This document shows positions 36,939 through 46,220 of a stretch of DNA of 64,000 bases, in pieces. This DNA is from Candidatus Aminicenantes bacterium. GTDB taxonomy: Bacteria; Acidobacteriota; Aminicenantia; Aminicenantales; JAFGBC01. Numbering within the stretch: the first letter of the stretch is position 1; every line of letters begins with the position of its first letter. Below the pieces are notes generated by a model. The model did no database searches and was not told the DNA's origin. It was given only the letters and a program-made list of their open reading frames with translations. The position numbers and the translations under genes are program-made. Where the stretch lies: positions 3,968,001 to 4,032,000 of the forward strand of contig OY969696.1 in assembly GCA_963702005.1 (NCBI GenBank). The letters run 5' to 3'.

Positions 36939-38453
36939 CTACTGAATTTGGACGGCCGCGTAAAACGTATTCGTGCCTCGCCGGACGAGCAGGGCCGCCG
37001 TGTCGCCGCTTCTCAGCCTGGCAAAAAGGGCATCGAAATCCTTCACGGTCCGGACGGCCGCTTTATTGATCTCCTTGATTAAATCCCCTTGTTTGAGGCC
37101 CGCATCCTCGGCCGGGCTTCCGGAGGCGACGTCCGAAACGATGACGCCGGTTTCGTTCTGATAGCCGAGTTGATCCGCCAATTCGGACGTCAAATTCTGG
37201 ACGGTCATCCCGATCTTCTGGCTGCTCTGTTTCTCGGGCGGAATCTCCTCGGGCTTGGCGGCTTTCTCCGGCTTGGGACGTTCACCCAAGATGACGTCCA
37301 GCGTTTTTGTCGCGTTGTTCCGAAGGAGAACCACCTTAACCTTGGTTCCCGGCGCGATCTGCGCCGCCAGGTTGCGGAGATGCGTGCTGTTTTCGATTTT
37401 CTGGCCGTTGAACTCGACGAGGACGTCGCCCCGTTTGATACCCGCCTTGTCCGCGGGCCCGCCGGGCGTGACGTCGCCGACCAGGGCGCCCTCCGTCCCC
37501 TTGATGCCCATGGCTTTGGCCAGGTTGTCGTCAAGATCCTGCGGCAGCAATCCCAGGTATCCTCGAACGACTTTTCCTTTTCCGATCAGCTGCTCCATGA
37601 CCTGCCTGGCCATGTTGATGGGGATGGCGAAACCGATCCCGACGTTGGCTCCGGTCGGACTGCTGATGGCCGTGTTGATGCCGATCACCTTTCCGTCGAG
37701 GTCGGCCAGGGCTCCGCCGCTGTTGCCCGGATTGATGGAGGCGTCGGTTTGGATGAAGTCCTCGTAATCGGCCAGGCCGACCGAGGAGCGTCCTTTCGCG
37801 CTGATGATGCCGGCCGTGGCCGTGTGCATCAACTGGAAGGGATTACCGACCGCGATGACCCATTGCCCGACCTTGACCTCGTCCGAATTTCCCAGATCCG
37901 CTGCGGCGAGGTTGTCCGCGGATATTTTAATGACGGCAACGTCGGTTTGGGGGTCGGCGCCGACGATTTTAGCCGTGACCTTATTCTTGTCGCCCAGGAC
38001 GATGGTCAGCTTTTCCGCGCCCTGGACCACGTGGTTGTTGGTCAGAATGTATCCGTCCTTGCTCACGATGACGCCCGATCCCAGGCTGTGCACCGTCTGT
38101 TTCTGCTCTCCCTGACCGGGAGGGGTGCCGAAGAACCGTTTGAAGAAATCGTCGCCGAAGAAATCCCGGAAGGGACTCTCGGGCGAGGTGAACGGGTTTT
38201 GGACCACGACCGTTTCCTCGGCGAACACGGGGACCACGGATGGGCTGACCTTGCCCACGGCCTGTTCGAACACGGCGCTGACGTTGTCGAGCAGGGCCCG
38301 GGTCTGGACGGAACCGACGGCTTGCGGGCTTGCCCCAGACTGGGGTTGGGCTTGTTGCTTTTTTTGGCAGCCCGAAACCACAAACAGCATCAAGGCTCCA
38401 AGACCCAGCGCAAAAAACCGGACACGTCGGGATTCAGGTTTGTTAGCGAGCAT
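36939..38453 (-). CDS. DegP/DegQ (HtrA) serine protease with two PDZ domains
   Basis: LTNNHV, TDVAV, QTDASINPGNSGG. Confidence 0.95.
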   Translation of the reverse strand: MLANKPESRRVRFFALGLGALMLFVVSGCQKKQQAQPQSGASPQAVGSVQTRALLDNVSAVFEQAVGKVSPSVVPVFAEETVVVQNPFTSPESPFRDFFGDDFFKRFFGTPPGQGEQKQTVHSLGSGVIVSKDGYILTNNHVVQGAEKLTIVLGDKNKVTAKIVGADPQTDVAVIKISADNLAAADLGNSDEVKVGQWVIAVGNPFQLMHTATAGIISAKGRSSVGLADYEDFIQTDASINPGNSGGALADLDGKVIGINTAISSPTGANVGIGFAIPINMARQVMEQLIGKGKVVRGYLGLLPQDLDDNLAKAMGIKGTEGALVGDVTPGGPADKAGIKRGDVLVEFNGQKIENSTHLRNLAAQIAPGTKVKVVLLRNNATKTLDVILGERPKPEKAAKPEEIPPEKQSSQKIGMTVQNLTSELADQLGYQNETGVIVSDVASGSPAEDAGLKQGDLIKEINKAAVRTVKDFDALFARLRSGDTAALLVRRGTNTFYAAVQIQ

Positions 38454-38535
38454 CGAACCCTCCTGCGGATTTCATCATTTCAAAAAGATGGTAACGATTT
38501 TGAATAATAAAATCAAGATGAGCTAAAATGACTTC

Positions 38536-38880
38536 ATGATGTACGAACATAAGACGGATCAGCTTCTGCCGTTCCGGCAATTTGTCCGGCGCCTCTTGGC
38601 TCATATCTCCATCGCGCTGCTCATCATCGCCGGATCGCTCGGCCTCGGCGTCCTGGGCTATCGCCATTTCGAGCACTTCTCCTGGCTCGACTCTCTCCTC
38701 AACGCGTCGATGATCCTGGGGGGGATGGGGCCGGTTGGCATACTCCGGACGGACGGCGGAAAAATCTTCGCCTCGTTCTACGCCCTGTTCTCGGGAGTCA
38801 TCTTCCTGGTCGTCGTCGGGATCATGGTGGCCCCCGTCGGCCACCGCCTGCTCCATCGTCTCCACCTGGAGAGCCGATAG
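38536..38880 (+). CDS. Small two-TM protein with ion-channel-like re-entrant segment
   Basis: TM-WLDSLLNASMILGGMGP-GKIF-TM. Confidence 0.65.
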   Translation: MMYEHKTDQLLPFRQFVRRLLAHISIALLIIAGSLGLGVLGYRHFEHFSWLDSLLNASMILGGMGPVGILRTDGGKIFASFYALFSGVIFLVVVGIMVAPVGHRLLHRLHLESR

Positions 38881-38895
38881 CCGGCTGTTCGACCC

Positions 38896-40008
38896 TTAGA
38901 TCTTGATGAGGATTTTTCGCCGGTAGAGCCAGTAGCAGATCGACCAGAGCAGGGCCCAGGCCGCGACACTGGTGGCGATCTCCGCCGCGAGCTCTCCCGC
39001 CCAGCCGAAAGACACGGCCGTGAACGGCCGGACGATATGGGCGAGCCAGGCCGTCGCCCCGGTCTGGGTGAAAATGTAAATGAACAGGGAATTCATGCCG
39101 ACGATGTTGAAAAATTTCGTCCAGTTGCGCATGCCCTTGACATCGATAAACCAGTAGGAAAACGCAAGCATCAGAAGGCAGAATCCGCCGCTGGCGACGA
39201 CGAACGAGCTCGTGCAGATGCGCTTGATCATGGGCGAGAGGGGCGTGAGCGCGAACCCGGCGGCCACGCCCGCCAACCCCGTCACGGCAAGGATGCCGAT
39301 CTTTTTCTTGGCCGGCCGTCCGCTCATCAGCAGTTGACCTGCCAGGACGCCCCAGATCGTATGGGCCGCCGTCGGGATCGCGTTGAACGACACCCAGTGT
39401 CCGGCCGAGAGTTCTCCCGAAATCACCATGTCCAGCCATGACCCGAAGTTGTGGTCGGGCGTGAACGGCAGGTTGAAGCCCGGCAGCCAAAAGACGCGGT
39501 AGAGGACTTCACAGAGGAGGATCAGCCCGAAGCTCAGGGCGATCTGCTCGCGCGCCGGCCGCCTCATCATGAAGTAGGCGATGATCGTCGTCACCGAGAG
39601 CTGGGCCAGGACGTTCTGGAAACGGAAGGTGATCCGCCCGGGCTCAATGCAGTAGAGCGCCCAGCCGATGAGGAGGAGGAGCAGGGCCCGCACCACGGCG
39701 TGGCGCGTGACGCGGGCCCGGCTGTCGCCGCGCTTCTCCCGTTTGGCAACCGAAAAGGCCATGGCGGCGCCGACGATGAACATGAAAAAAGGCTGGACCA
39801 GGTCCCAGAAACGCAGCCCGGCCCAGGGATGGTGGTCGAGCTGCATTCCGATCGCGTGGAGGAGCGTGCCCTGGAGAGAGGGGTTGCGCAGGTGCTCATA
39901 GAGGAGCGTGCTTTCCCCGATCAGGAGGAACATCGTCAGCCCGCGGAAAAAATCCAGGGAAAGGAGCCGCTCTTTGATGGTTGCTGTCTCTGCCGATTGG
40001 ACGGGCAT
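38896..40008 (-). CDS. DUF5009 / HGSNAT-like membrane acyltransferase
   Basis: RLLSLDFFRG, DLVQPFFMFIVG, IKRICTSSF, GMNSLFIY. Confidence 0.88.
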   Translation of the reverse strand: MPVQSAETATIKERLLSLDFFRGLTMFLLIGESTLLYEHLRNPSLQGTLLHAIGMQLDHHPWAGLRFWDLVQPFFMFIVGAAMAFSVAKREKRGDSRARVTRHAVVRALLLLLIGWALYCIEPGRITFRFQNVLAQLSVTTIIAYFMMRRPAREQIALSFGLILLCEVLYRVFWLPGFNLPFTPDHNFGSWLDMVISGELSAGHWVSFNAIPTAAHTIWGVLAGQLLMSGRPAKKKIGILAVTGLAGVAAGFALTPLSPMIKRICTSSFVVASGGFCLLMLAFSYWFIDVKGMRNWTKFFNIVGMNSLFIYIFTQTGATAWLAHIVRPFTAVSFGWAGELAAEIATSVAAWALLWSICYWLYRRKILIKI

Positions 40009-40126
40009 GGCGTAACCCTCGCCAAACTCCGGAGAATAGTATATCCGGAAGGGACCGATGTCAAGAACGCGGCGGCCGCGGCCGGTTCTGATCGCCTAAC
40101 TTAGCGGTCGACCTTTATTCGCAACG

Positions 40127-40163
40127 AAGGGCGGATGCCCGGTTTGGGCATGCCGCCCTTTTT
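40127..40163. terminator. Rho-independent terminator-like hairpin
   Basis: AAGGGCGG-ATGCCC ggttt GGGCAT-g-CCGCCCTT, immediately after the 40163 stop. Confidence 0.6.
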
Positions 40164-41023
40164 TATTTTGCGGGGAGTTTTTTCGCCCCGCGTTCCTTGA
40201 CGCCGCTCGGGGCGGGAGCGGGGATTTGCATATACCGTGGCCGGGCCAGGTAGAGCCGGCCCTCACCCTTCTCTCCTGTCGCCGGGTCGGTGAGCGTGAC
40301 ATCGATCGTGATCCAATCACCCGCGGCCGGTGCTTTGGGTAGGGGCGTCTGGATGAGATAGCCATAGAGAGCCTGGGTCGGGCTACTGGCCTCCTTGACC
40401 TTATTAACGCGAAGGACCTCCACGCTTTCCCCGTTCACTTTCACCGCGATATCCTTGGCCTGGAGATCGGGCGCGATGTCGATGAACGAAAGGCCGCCCA
40501 CCTTGTCCATCCCCCCGGCCTTGGTCACGGCAGCCACGGTCATGGTCAGGCTCATCGGCCGAAAATAGATCTGATAGGACGCATAGCCTCCCTGCGGCCG
40601 CCAGGCGTTCAGCGCATAGACTTCGAGCCTGTCGAAACGCGGGTCGATCTCGAGCTCGCCGAAGGCGGGCACGTTCCAGGCCCAGTATTCGAGATGCTTG
40701 ACGCGGTAGTCCTTGACGGCCGCGAGCGCGATGTACATCCCGGACTCGACGGTTAGGGAATAGCTCCCATCCGCGGCGCTTCGGGTCTCGGCCGCGTTTT
40801 CGAAGCGGGACGTCTTGAGCTCGATGTCGGCGCCCTCGACGGGTTTTCCGTCGAAATCACTGACGTGGCCGAAAATCCTGGCCCGGGCCGTGGAAGCAGG
40901 CTTTGGCCGAGCTTCGGAAACCTGTCGCCCATCCGACGCCGTGGGGACAACCGGCGACACGCCGAGGACCACGGCGATGACGGCCAAGCGCTTCATCCAC
41001 GCCATATTGGAAATGGTTTTCAT
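40163..41023 (-). CDS. Secreted protein with carboxypeptidase regulatory-like domain
   Basis: GAGGAGG RBS; IFGHVSDFDGKPVEGADI...DGSYSL. Confidence 0.75.
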   Translation of the reverse strand: MKTISNMAWMKRLAVIAVVLGVSPVVPTASDGRQVSEARPKPASTARARIFGHVSDFDGKPVEGADIELKTSRFENAAETRSAADGSYSLTVESGMYIALAAVKDYRVKHLEYWAWNVPAFGELEIDPRFDRLEVYALNAWRPQGGYASYQIYFRPMSLTMTVAAVTKAGGMDKVGGLSFIDIAPDLQAKDIAVKVNGESVEVLRVNKVKEASSPTQALYGYLIQTPLPKAPAAGDWITIDVTLTDPATGEKGEGRLYLARPRYMQIPAPAPSGVKERGAKKLPAK

Positions 41024-41246
41024 TTTTCCTCCTCGTCGGTACTGGACCGGCAGTTCCATCTCCATAGTAACACACCTGCGGACCACGATATGTGCCTGAC
41101 TCCGTCGATAGCATCATTTCGTGATGGGTTTCATTGACTCGTTCCCTTATTTGCGAAATATGGTAAAGTACCTCATGTTTGAAGCCGGCAAACGGCTCCC
41201 GAAGAGGCGGACATCACACGGACCTACCCACGGCTCTTGGAGAGAA

Positions 41247-41300
41247 TCATGAAAAATATTCGACCGAGGTCTCTGCGGCTGGCAAGTATTCTTGGAAAGC
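41247..41300 (-). mobile_element. IS91-like transposase C-terminal remnant 1
   Basis: Encodes AFQEYLPAAETSVEYFS*, similar to the remnant at 44754-44876. Confidence 0.5.
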
Positions 41301-41529
41301 GGCCAGACCCGCCTTCTTGACTTTCCCCCTGTGGGCGTTGGTGTCGTTTTCTATTTCTCTGATGGTTTCAACTTCAACACAAGGTGAACTTTGTCTCCGG
41401 TCACAAAGAAGCGGTAACCGGGATTAATCCGGGTTTATAATGAAGAAAATTTTGAACGACGGTCGAAAAATATCGGAAAATTCTTTAAAATAACAGAATT
41501 GGATCATGAAGAAATTGGAGGTATAACTC

Positions 41530-42468
41530 ATGACGGAGGGTGGTTTAAAAATGAGTTCTGAGCATCAAATTCATGAAAAAAACGGAAAACGCTTCCTGAT
41601 CGCGTGCGCCTGGGCGCTGATGCTGCTGGTTTCCGATCTTCCCGACATCTTCTGCACCCAGTTTTTCAAACATGTCCCCAAGTGGCTTTTCTGGGGCAAG
41701 GTGGGGCTGCTGCTCCTGTTCCTGGGACTCAGCCTGCTCTACAAAGCCCTGCGCCCGCTCCGGCCATACGCTGCTTTCCTGGCCGTATTTTTCCTGGCCC
41801 TGGCGGCCTCGGCCTGGATCGGGAATCTGCCCGGATGGCAGCGTCGCTTCAGCGGACCGGGGGTTTCATTCAGCGCAGGCTACGTCGGCTTTCATCTGCG
41901 GGATCTGGCGGTGGCGGGGGCGGTCATCGCCGTACTCTGGCTCATGAAACGGAAGCGGAGAAATTTCTTCCTGGTCAAGGGCCAAATGGACGCGCCCATC
42001 AAGCCGGTGCGCTGGCTGGGCATCGGCGCGGGCAAATCGTGGCGGACCTTCGGCTGGATCTTCTTGATCGTCGCCAGTCTGGGAGTGGCGGTTCCCACCC
42101 TGCTGGGATTGAAGCTCTCGGGGCCGATCCTGTCGCGGGCGGTTTCGCTACTGCCGGCGGTGCTGCTGTTCGCCGCGGTCAACGCCTTCGCCGAGGAGGT
42201 CTATTTCCGGGCATCTTTTTTATCCACCCTGAACGAGGTCATCGGCCGAGGCCACACCCTGATGATCAGTTCGGTCTACTTCGGGCTGGCTCATTACCTC
42301 TACGGCTCGCCGCCCGGAGTGGTCGGGTTCCTGATGACCGCCTTCTTGGCCTGGCTGCTGGGAAAAGCCATGCTCGAAACCGGGGGTATCGGCTGGCCCT
42401 GGCTGATCCATTTCGTGCCCGACGTGGTCGTATTCGCCTCCTACGCCATCCTCTGGGTTCAGAGATAA
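41530..42468 (+). CDS. CPBP (CAAX/Abi) intramembrane metalloprotease
   Basis: EEVYFR, FGLAH and IHFVPD motifs. Confidence 0.9.
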   Translation: MTEGGLKMSSEHQIHEKNGKRFLIACAWALMLLVSDLPDIFCTQFFKHVPKWLFWGKVGLLLLFLGLSLLYKALRPLRPYAAFLAVFFLALAASAWIGNLPGWQRRFSGPGVSFSAGYVGFHLRDLAVAGAVIAVLWLMKRKRRNFFLVKGQMDAPIKPVRWLGIGAGKSWRTFGWIFLIVASLGVAVPTLLGLKLSGPILSRAVSLLPAVLLFAAVNAFAEEVYFRASFLSTLNEVIGRGHTLMISSVYFGLAHYLYGSPPGVVGFLMTAFLAWLLGKAMLETGGIGWPWLIHFVPDVVVFASYAILWVQR

Positions 42469-42530
42469 CGTTTCCCTCAAATAGCGCAAGCGGCGCGCGG
42501 GGAAAAACCGATCCATGATAAAATAAAATT

Positions 42531-43550
42531 ATGAAACTAACTGACACATCGTCGCAGACAGGACGCCGCCCCAAAACGCTTTTGCTTCTTCTTGTGCTTG
42601 CCTTCAGCTCTTTGACCGCCGGAGCCGACCATGCGGGCGCCGCGGTCCCCGACGCGGAACAAATCCTGGCTCAACCCCCAGGAACAGAGGATCAAACGCC
42701 CGGACCCGAACCAACGGATCAGGATCACCGCTGGCGATTCCTGCTCTCCGGCCTTGCCGGAACGAGCTCGGCGACCGGCGCTGATCCGGCCGATGGGCAG
42801 CATTCCACCGTCCTGCCCTGGACGGGTTTGCCGGGGAACGCCCTGGCCATGTTTTCCGGCTCCAAAGTCATCCTCCCTCTTTCGGCCGTGGCCGGGACAC
42901 TGCTGATCGTGGAAAGCGGCTTGGACACGCATATCCACAATTTTTTTGTCCGGAACACTTTTTTTGAGAACTCTTCGCATTGGGCCGTACACTGGGGCAC
43001 CCTTTTTCCGGTCATCCTGGGCGGCGGCCTGTTCGGCTCGGGCCTCATCGGCGGCTCCTCACAGCTCGCCGCGGCCGGCGGCGCCGTTTTGCAGTCCTCG
43101 CTCCTGGCCTTGTGCACGACGACCGCCCTCAAGGCCCTGACCGGCCGGCCCGGGCCCAGGCCGGTCATCTATGACGACAACGAAGCCAGCTCCGTCTTTC
43201 GCTTCGGGATCCTGCGCGGCGGCGTCTTTCACGGCTGGCCGTCCGGCCACATGACGGCCAACACGGCGGCGGTCACCAGCCTGCTCGCCTTTTATAAGGA
43301 CAACACCTGGCTGAACATCGCCGGCGGAACGTATCTGGGATATCTGTTCCTGAGCGTCATTTCCCACGGCCGGTCGTCGATGCACTGGTTTTCCGACGCC
43401 GTCGCCGGAACCTTGATGGGCTATGCCATCGGCTCGACCGTGGGACGGGATTTCCGCAGGAGATGGGATCACAAAAAGGACAAGCCTTCGGCCTTTTCGT
43501 TCAACGTCCTGCCCCCGGTTTTTTCGGTTTCTTTTGAGATCGCGCTCTAG
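42531..43550 (+). CDS. PAP2-family phosphatase
   Basis: KALTGRPGP, PSGH, HWFSD. Confidence 0.88.
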   Translation: MKLTDTSSQTGRRPKTLLLLLVLAFSSLTAGADHAGAAVPDAEQILAQPPGTEDQTPGPEPTDQDHRWRFLLSGLAGTSSATGADPADGQHSTVLPWTGLPGNALAMFSGSKVILPLSAVAGTLLIVESGLDTHIHNFFVRNTFFENSSHWAVHWGTLFPVILGGGLFGSGLIGGSSQLAAAGGAVLQSSLLALCTTTALKALTGRPGPRPVIYDDNEASSVFRFGILRGGVFHGWPSGHMTANTAAVTSLLAFYKDNTWLNIAGGTYLGYLFLSVISHGRSSMHWFSDAVAGTLMGYAIGSTVGRDFRRRWDHKKDKPSAFSFNVLPPVFSVSFEIAL

Positions 43551-44554
43551 GGCGCGGGCGTCGAGCCCCGGCCGCCGCCCGCCTCCGCCGCGCGGACGAC
43601 CTTCTCGAGCGCGACGATGAAGCGCCCTTCAGAGCTGCCCGCGACGCATTCCGGCCACTTCCGCTCGAGCATGATCCTCACAACCGACGCGACGTCGGCG
43701 CCCTCGTACACGGACGTCCTCACCGACGGAAAGAACCGGGCCAGCGCTTCCCCCGCGCTTTCCTGCCGCCTGTTGAGGATCTCCTCGACCCGGGCCGCCT
43801 CGCCGACGCGCAGGCGCAGGAGAAGCTCGCTCGCGAACGCGCGCGCCGGGGCATAAGCGAGAACGCGCCGCGTCCCGCTGTCGCGGAAGAGAACATAGTC
43901 CACGCCCTTCCAGTCAAGAAGAAGGCGATCGACGAACGGATCCTGGAACCAAGGTCCGGATGCCCCTTCCGCCACGACCGGCTGCAACTGCACGGCCGTC
44001 TCGGGCGCCGTGAGGAGGTAAGCGAGGGACAGCCCGGCCGCGTAGTGCCTCGACGCGTTCACGTCGAAGGTCAGGAACCGGCGGCCGGGTACGTTGCGGC
44101 TGGCGCCCACCCAGAGGGCGTAGCCTTTCCACGCCGAAATCGGTCCCTTGCCAAAGGACAGGATCTCCTCGACCTCGCCCGCCGCCGGATCCACCGCCAC
44201 GAGCGGATCGCCCACGTCAGCGAGCGACGCGCCCGCGAGACGGCGGCTGATATCCTCGACAACGCTCGCTGTGTGGACCACGGTTCCACGGATCGCGGCG
44301 AGGATCATGTCGCGGTTCTTCTCGGCCACCTGACGTTGATGTTCGGCCTCCTGTCGTTGCCGGGCGTTCAGGGCGTCCACGCTGGACTTGATCAACTGCT
44401 GGCCGACGAATGTGACGAATCCTAGGATGAAAAGGCTGGCGACCATCCGCCGCGACGGTTTCTCCTGAACGGTCCTCGTGAGCGAGACCACAAGCGTAGC
44501 GGCCGCTCCGACGATCCCTAGAACGAGGCCGATGTTGTTCCAGAGGAATTCCAT
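43547..44554 (-). CDS. Hypothetical membrane protein (2 TM + coiled coil)
   Basis: GAGG RBS; two N-terminal hydrophobic helices. Confidence 0.65.
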   Translation of the reverse strand: MEFLWNNIGLVLGIVGAAATLVVSLTRTVQEKPSRRMVASLFILGFVTFVGQQLIKSSVDALNARQRQEAEHQRQVAEKNRDMILAAIRGTVVHTASVVEDISRRLAGASLADVGDPLVAVDPAAGEVEEILSFGKGPISAWKGYALWVGASRNVPGRRFLTFDVNASRHYAAGLSLAYLLTAPETAVQLQPVVAEGASGPWFQDPFVDRLLLDWKGVDYVLFRDSGTRRVLAYAPARAFASELLLRLRVGEAARVEEILNRRQESAGEALARFFPSVRTSVYEGADVASVVRIMLERKWPECVAGSSEGRFIVALEKVVRAAEAGGGRGSTPAP

Positions 44555-44717
44555 GCGAACCTCCTCTCGAGCAGAATGGCCGCGCGTGCTGATGCACGTC
44601 GCGACGGAAACTCCACAGAAGCTAGGCCGGCGGGATTGGCGATCGCATTAGCAAAAGGGGAGCCTCCTCTCCCAGCAGATAAGTTCTCCTTGCGATTGTT
44701 TCTCCCCCTCGTCCGGG

Positions 44718-44876
44718 ATGATAAATCATGAAATGAAGGGATGTCAAGTTGAGCTAAGAATAGGGAAAATAGTCTCCGCCGACTTCTGCGGCCATGAAAA
44801 ATTCCTGATAAGCGAACCGAGGAGGGGGAGGCTTGTCCGCAACAAAGATCGGAATGATGTGGTCGATGATCCGGTC
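44718..44876 (-). mobile_element. IS91-like C-terminal remnant 2 with downstream sigma70 promoter
   Basis: DRIIDHIIPIFVADKPPPPRFAYQEFFMAAEVGGDYFPYS*, then TTGACA-18 nt-TATCAT. Confidence 0.55.
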
Positions 44877-44915
44877 AGGCTAAAGATAACACCGCTCGCG
44901 GCTTTTATCTGTGTC

Positions 44916-45914
44916 TTACTCCTGGTGCAGGAAATCATTGACCGTGCGGATGAACATATCCGGCTGGTCGACAAACGTCATGTGGCCGCTCTTAGGCAGC
45001 ACGACCAGCTTAGAGCCGGCGATCGCCTTGTTCATTTCCTCCGAAAGCGAAGATGCGCACTCGTCATGGTCGCCGACCGTAATCAGAGTTGGCACCTTGA
45101 TGGAAGAGAGCCGGTCGCCGTATTCTACGGACTTGAGGTTCCCGTCGATCACGTATTCGCCGTGCGGGCCCCACATCTCGAGATACACATCCCAGGCCAT
45201 ATTGCCCGATGCGACCGGGTCATAGTTGGGATCGGGCCGATTCTGATAGAGGTATGGAAAGTAGCCCTCGCCCCACGCGGCAATCATATACTCGGATGTA
45301 TAGCGGCGTTTTTCGTACTCCTTTCCGTGACCGAAGAGGCCGGCCTTCTCCATGCCCTCGATCCGCTGCCGCAGTTCGGGGGCCATGTTTTCTTTCATGC
45401 GGCGGAACACCTCGTTCATCTTGATGGTACTATGGAAGGTGCTGCACAAGATCAGGTGCGTCAGGTTCTGCTGGTACTTGAGCGCGTAAGCCTGCGCCAG
45501 CACGCCGCCGCAGGAGTGGCCCAGGAGGCTGATCCGGCCGAGCCCGAGTGCCTGGCGGACGGCTTCGGTGTCCTCGACCATGTTCTCGACGGTGTAGAGC
45601 GCCGGATTCTCCAGCTTTTGCGAACGGCCCGAGCCGCGCTCGTCGATGAAGATGAGGCGGCTCGTCCGGGCCAGCGGCAGCAGGTACGGCAGGAAGTAGT
45701 CGTGCGAGGCTCCCGGTCCCCCGTGGAGGATGAGCAGCGGCTCGCCCCGGCCCAGGGCTTGGTAGTAGATCAAGACGCCGTGCGCGTCGACAAAGCCTTC
45801 CTCCACTTTGAGCACCGAAACGGCCGGGGCCGCGGGCGTTTCGCCCGAGGATTGCGGGTGCGCGAGGGAGAACATGCCGAGAACAACCAGCACCATCCAG
45901 ATCATCCGTTTCAT
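44916..45914 (-). CDS. Proline iminopeptidase-family alpha/beta hydrolase (S33), secreted
   Basis: HGGPG, GHSCGG, GDHD, SGH; AAAGGAG RBS. Confidence 0.9.
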   Translation of the reverse strand: MKRMIWMVLVVLGMFSLAHPQSSGETPAAPAVSVLKVEEGFVDAHGVLIYYQALGRGEPLLILHGGPGASHDYFLPYLLPLARTSRLIFIDERGSGRSQKLENPALYTVENMVEDTEAVRQALGLGRISLLGHSCGGVLAQAYALKYQQNLTHLILCSTFHSTIKMNEVFRRMKENMAPELRQRIEGMEKAGLFGHGKEYEKRRYTSEYMIAAWGEGYFPYLYQNRPDPNYDPVASGNMAWDVYLEMWGPHGEYVIDGNLKSVEYGDRLSSIKVPTLITVGDHDECASSLSEEMNKAIAGSKLVVLPKSGHMTFVDQPDMFIRTVNDFLHQE

Positions 45915-46015
45915 GGTTGTGACTCCTTTTCGATCATAGAAGGGAATTCGTTTTCGACTGGTTCGGCCCGCAGGCCCGATTTCGCCTCGACTTTCCCATC
46001 TCGCCACCGTGCGGG

Positions 46016-46135
46016 AGCATAAATTGAAGCTCAGAGCATGTCAAGGGCGGCTGGAGAGAGCGGAGAGACGGCTTGGAAAATGAAATCCGTGAGAAAAGCG
46101 ACAACCTTCATCCGGCCGCCGCACTTGGGACAGAG
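46016..46135 (-). mobile_element. IS91-like zinc-ribbon remnant 3 with downstream sigma70 promoter
   Basis: LCPKCGGRMKVVAFLTDF, then TTGACA-17 nt-TATGCT. Confidence 0.55.
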
Positions 46136-46220
46136 CTCATCCTTGAATGACACGGCAGAAAACCGGTTTCACGATTCATGGTTCTTGACTTTTTTCGAGC
46201 GGGGACGATATGCTCTCCCC

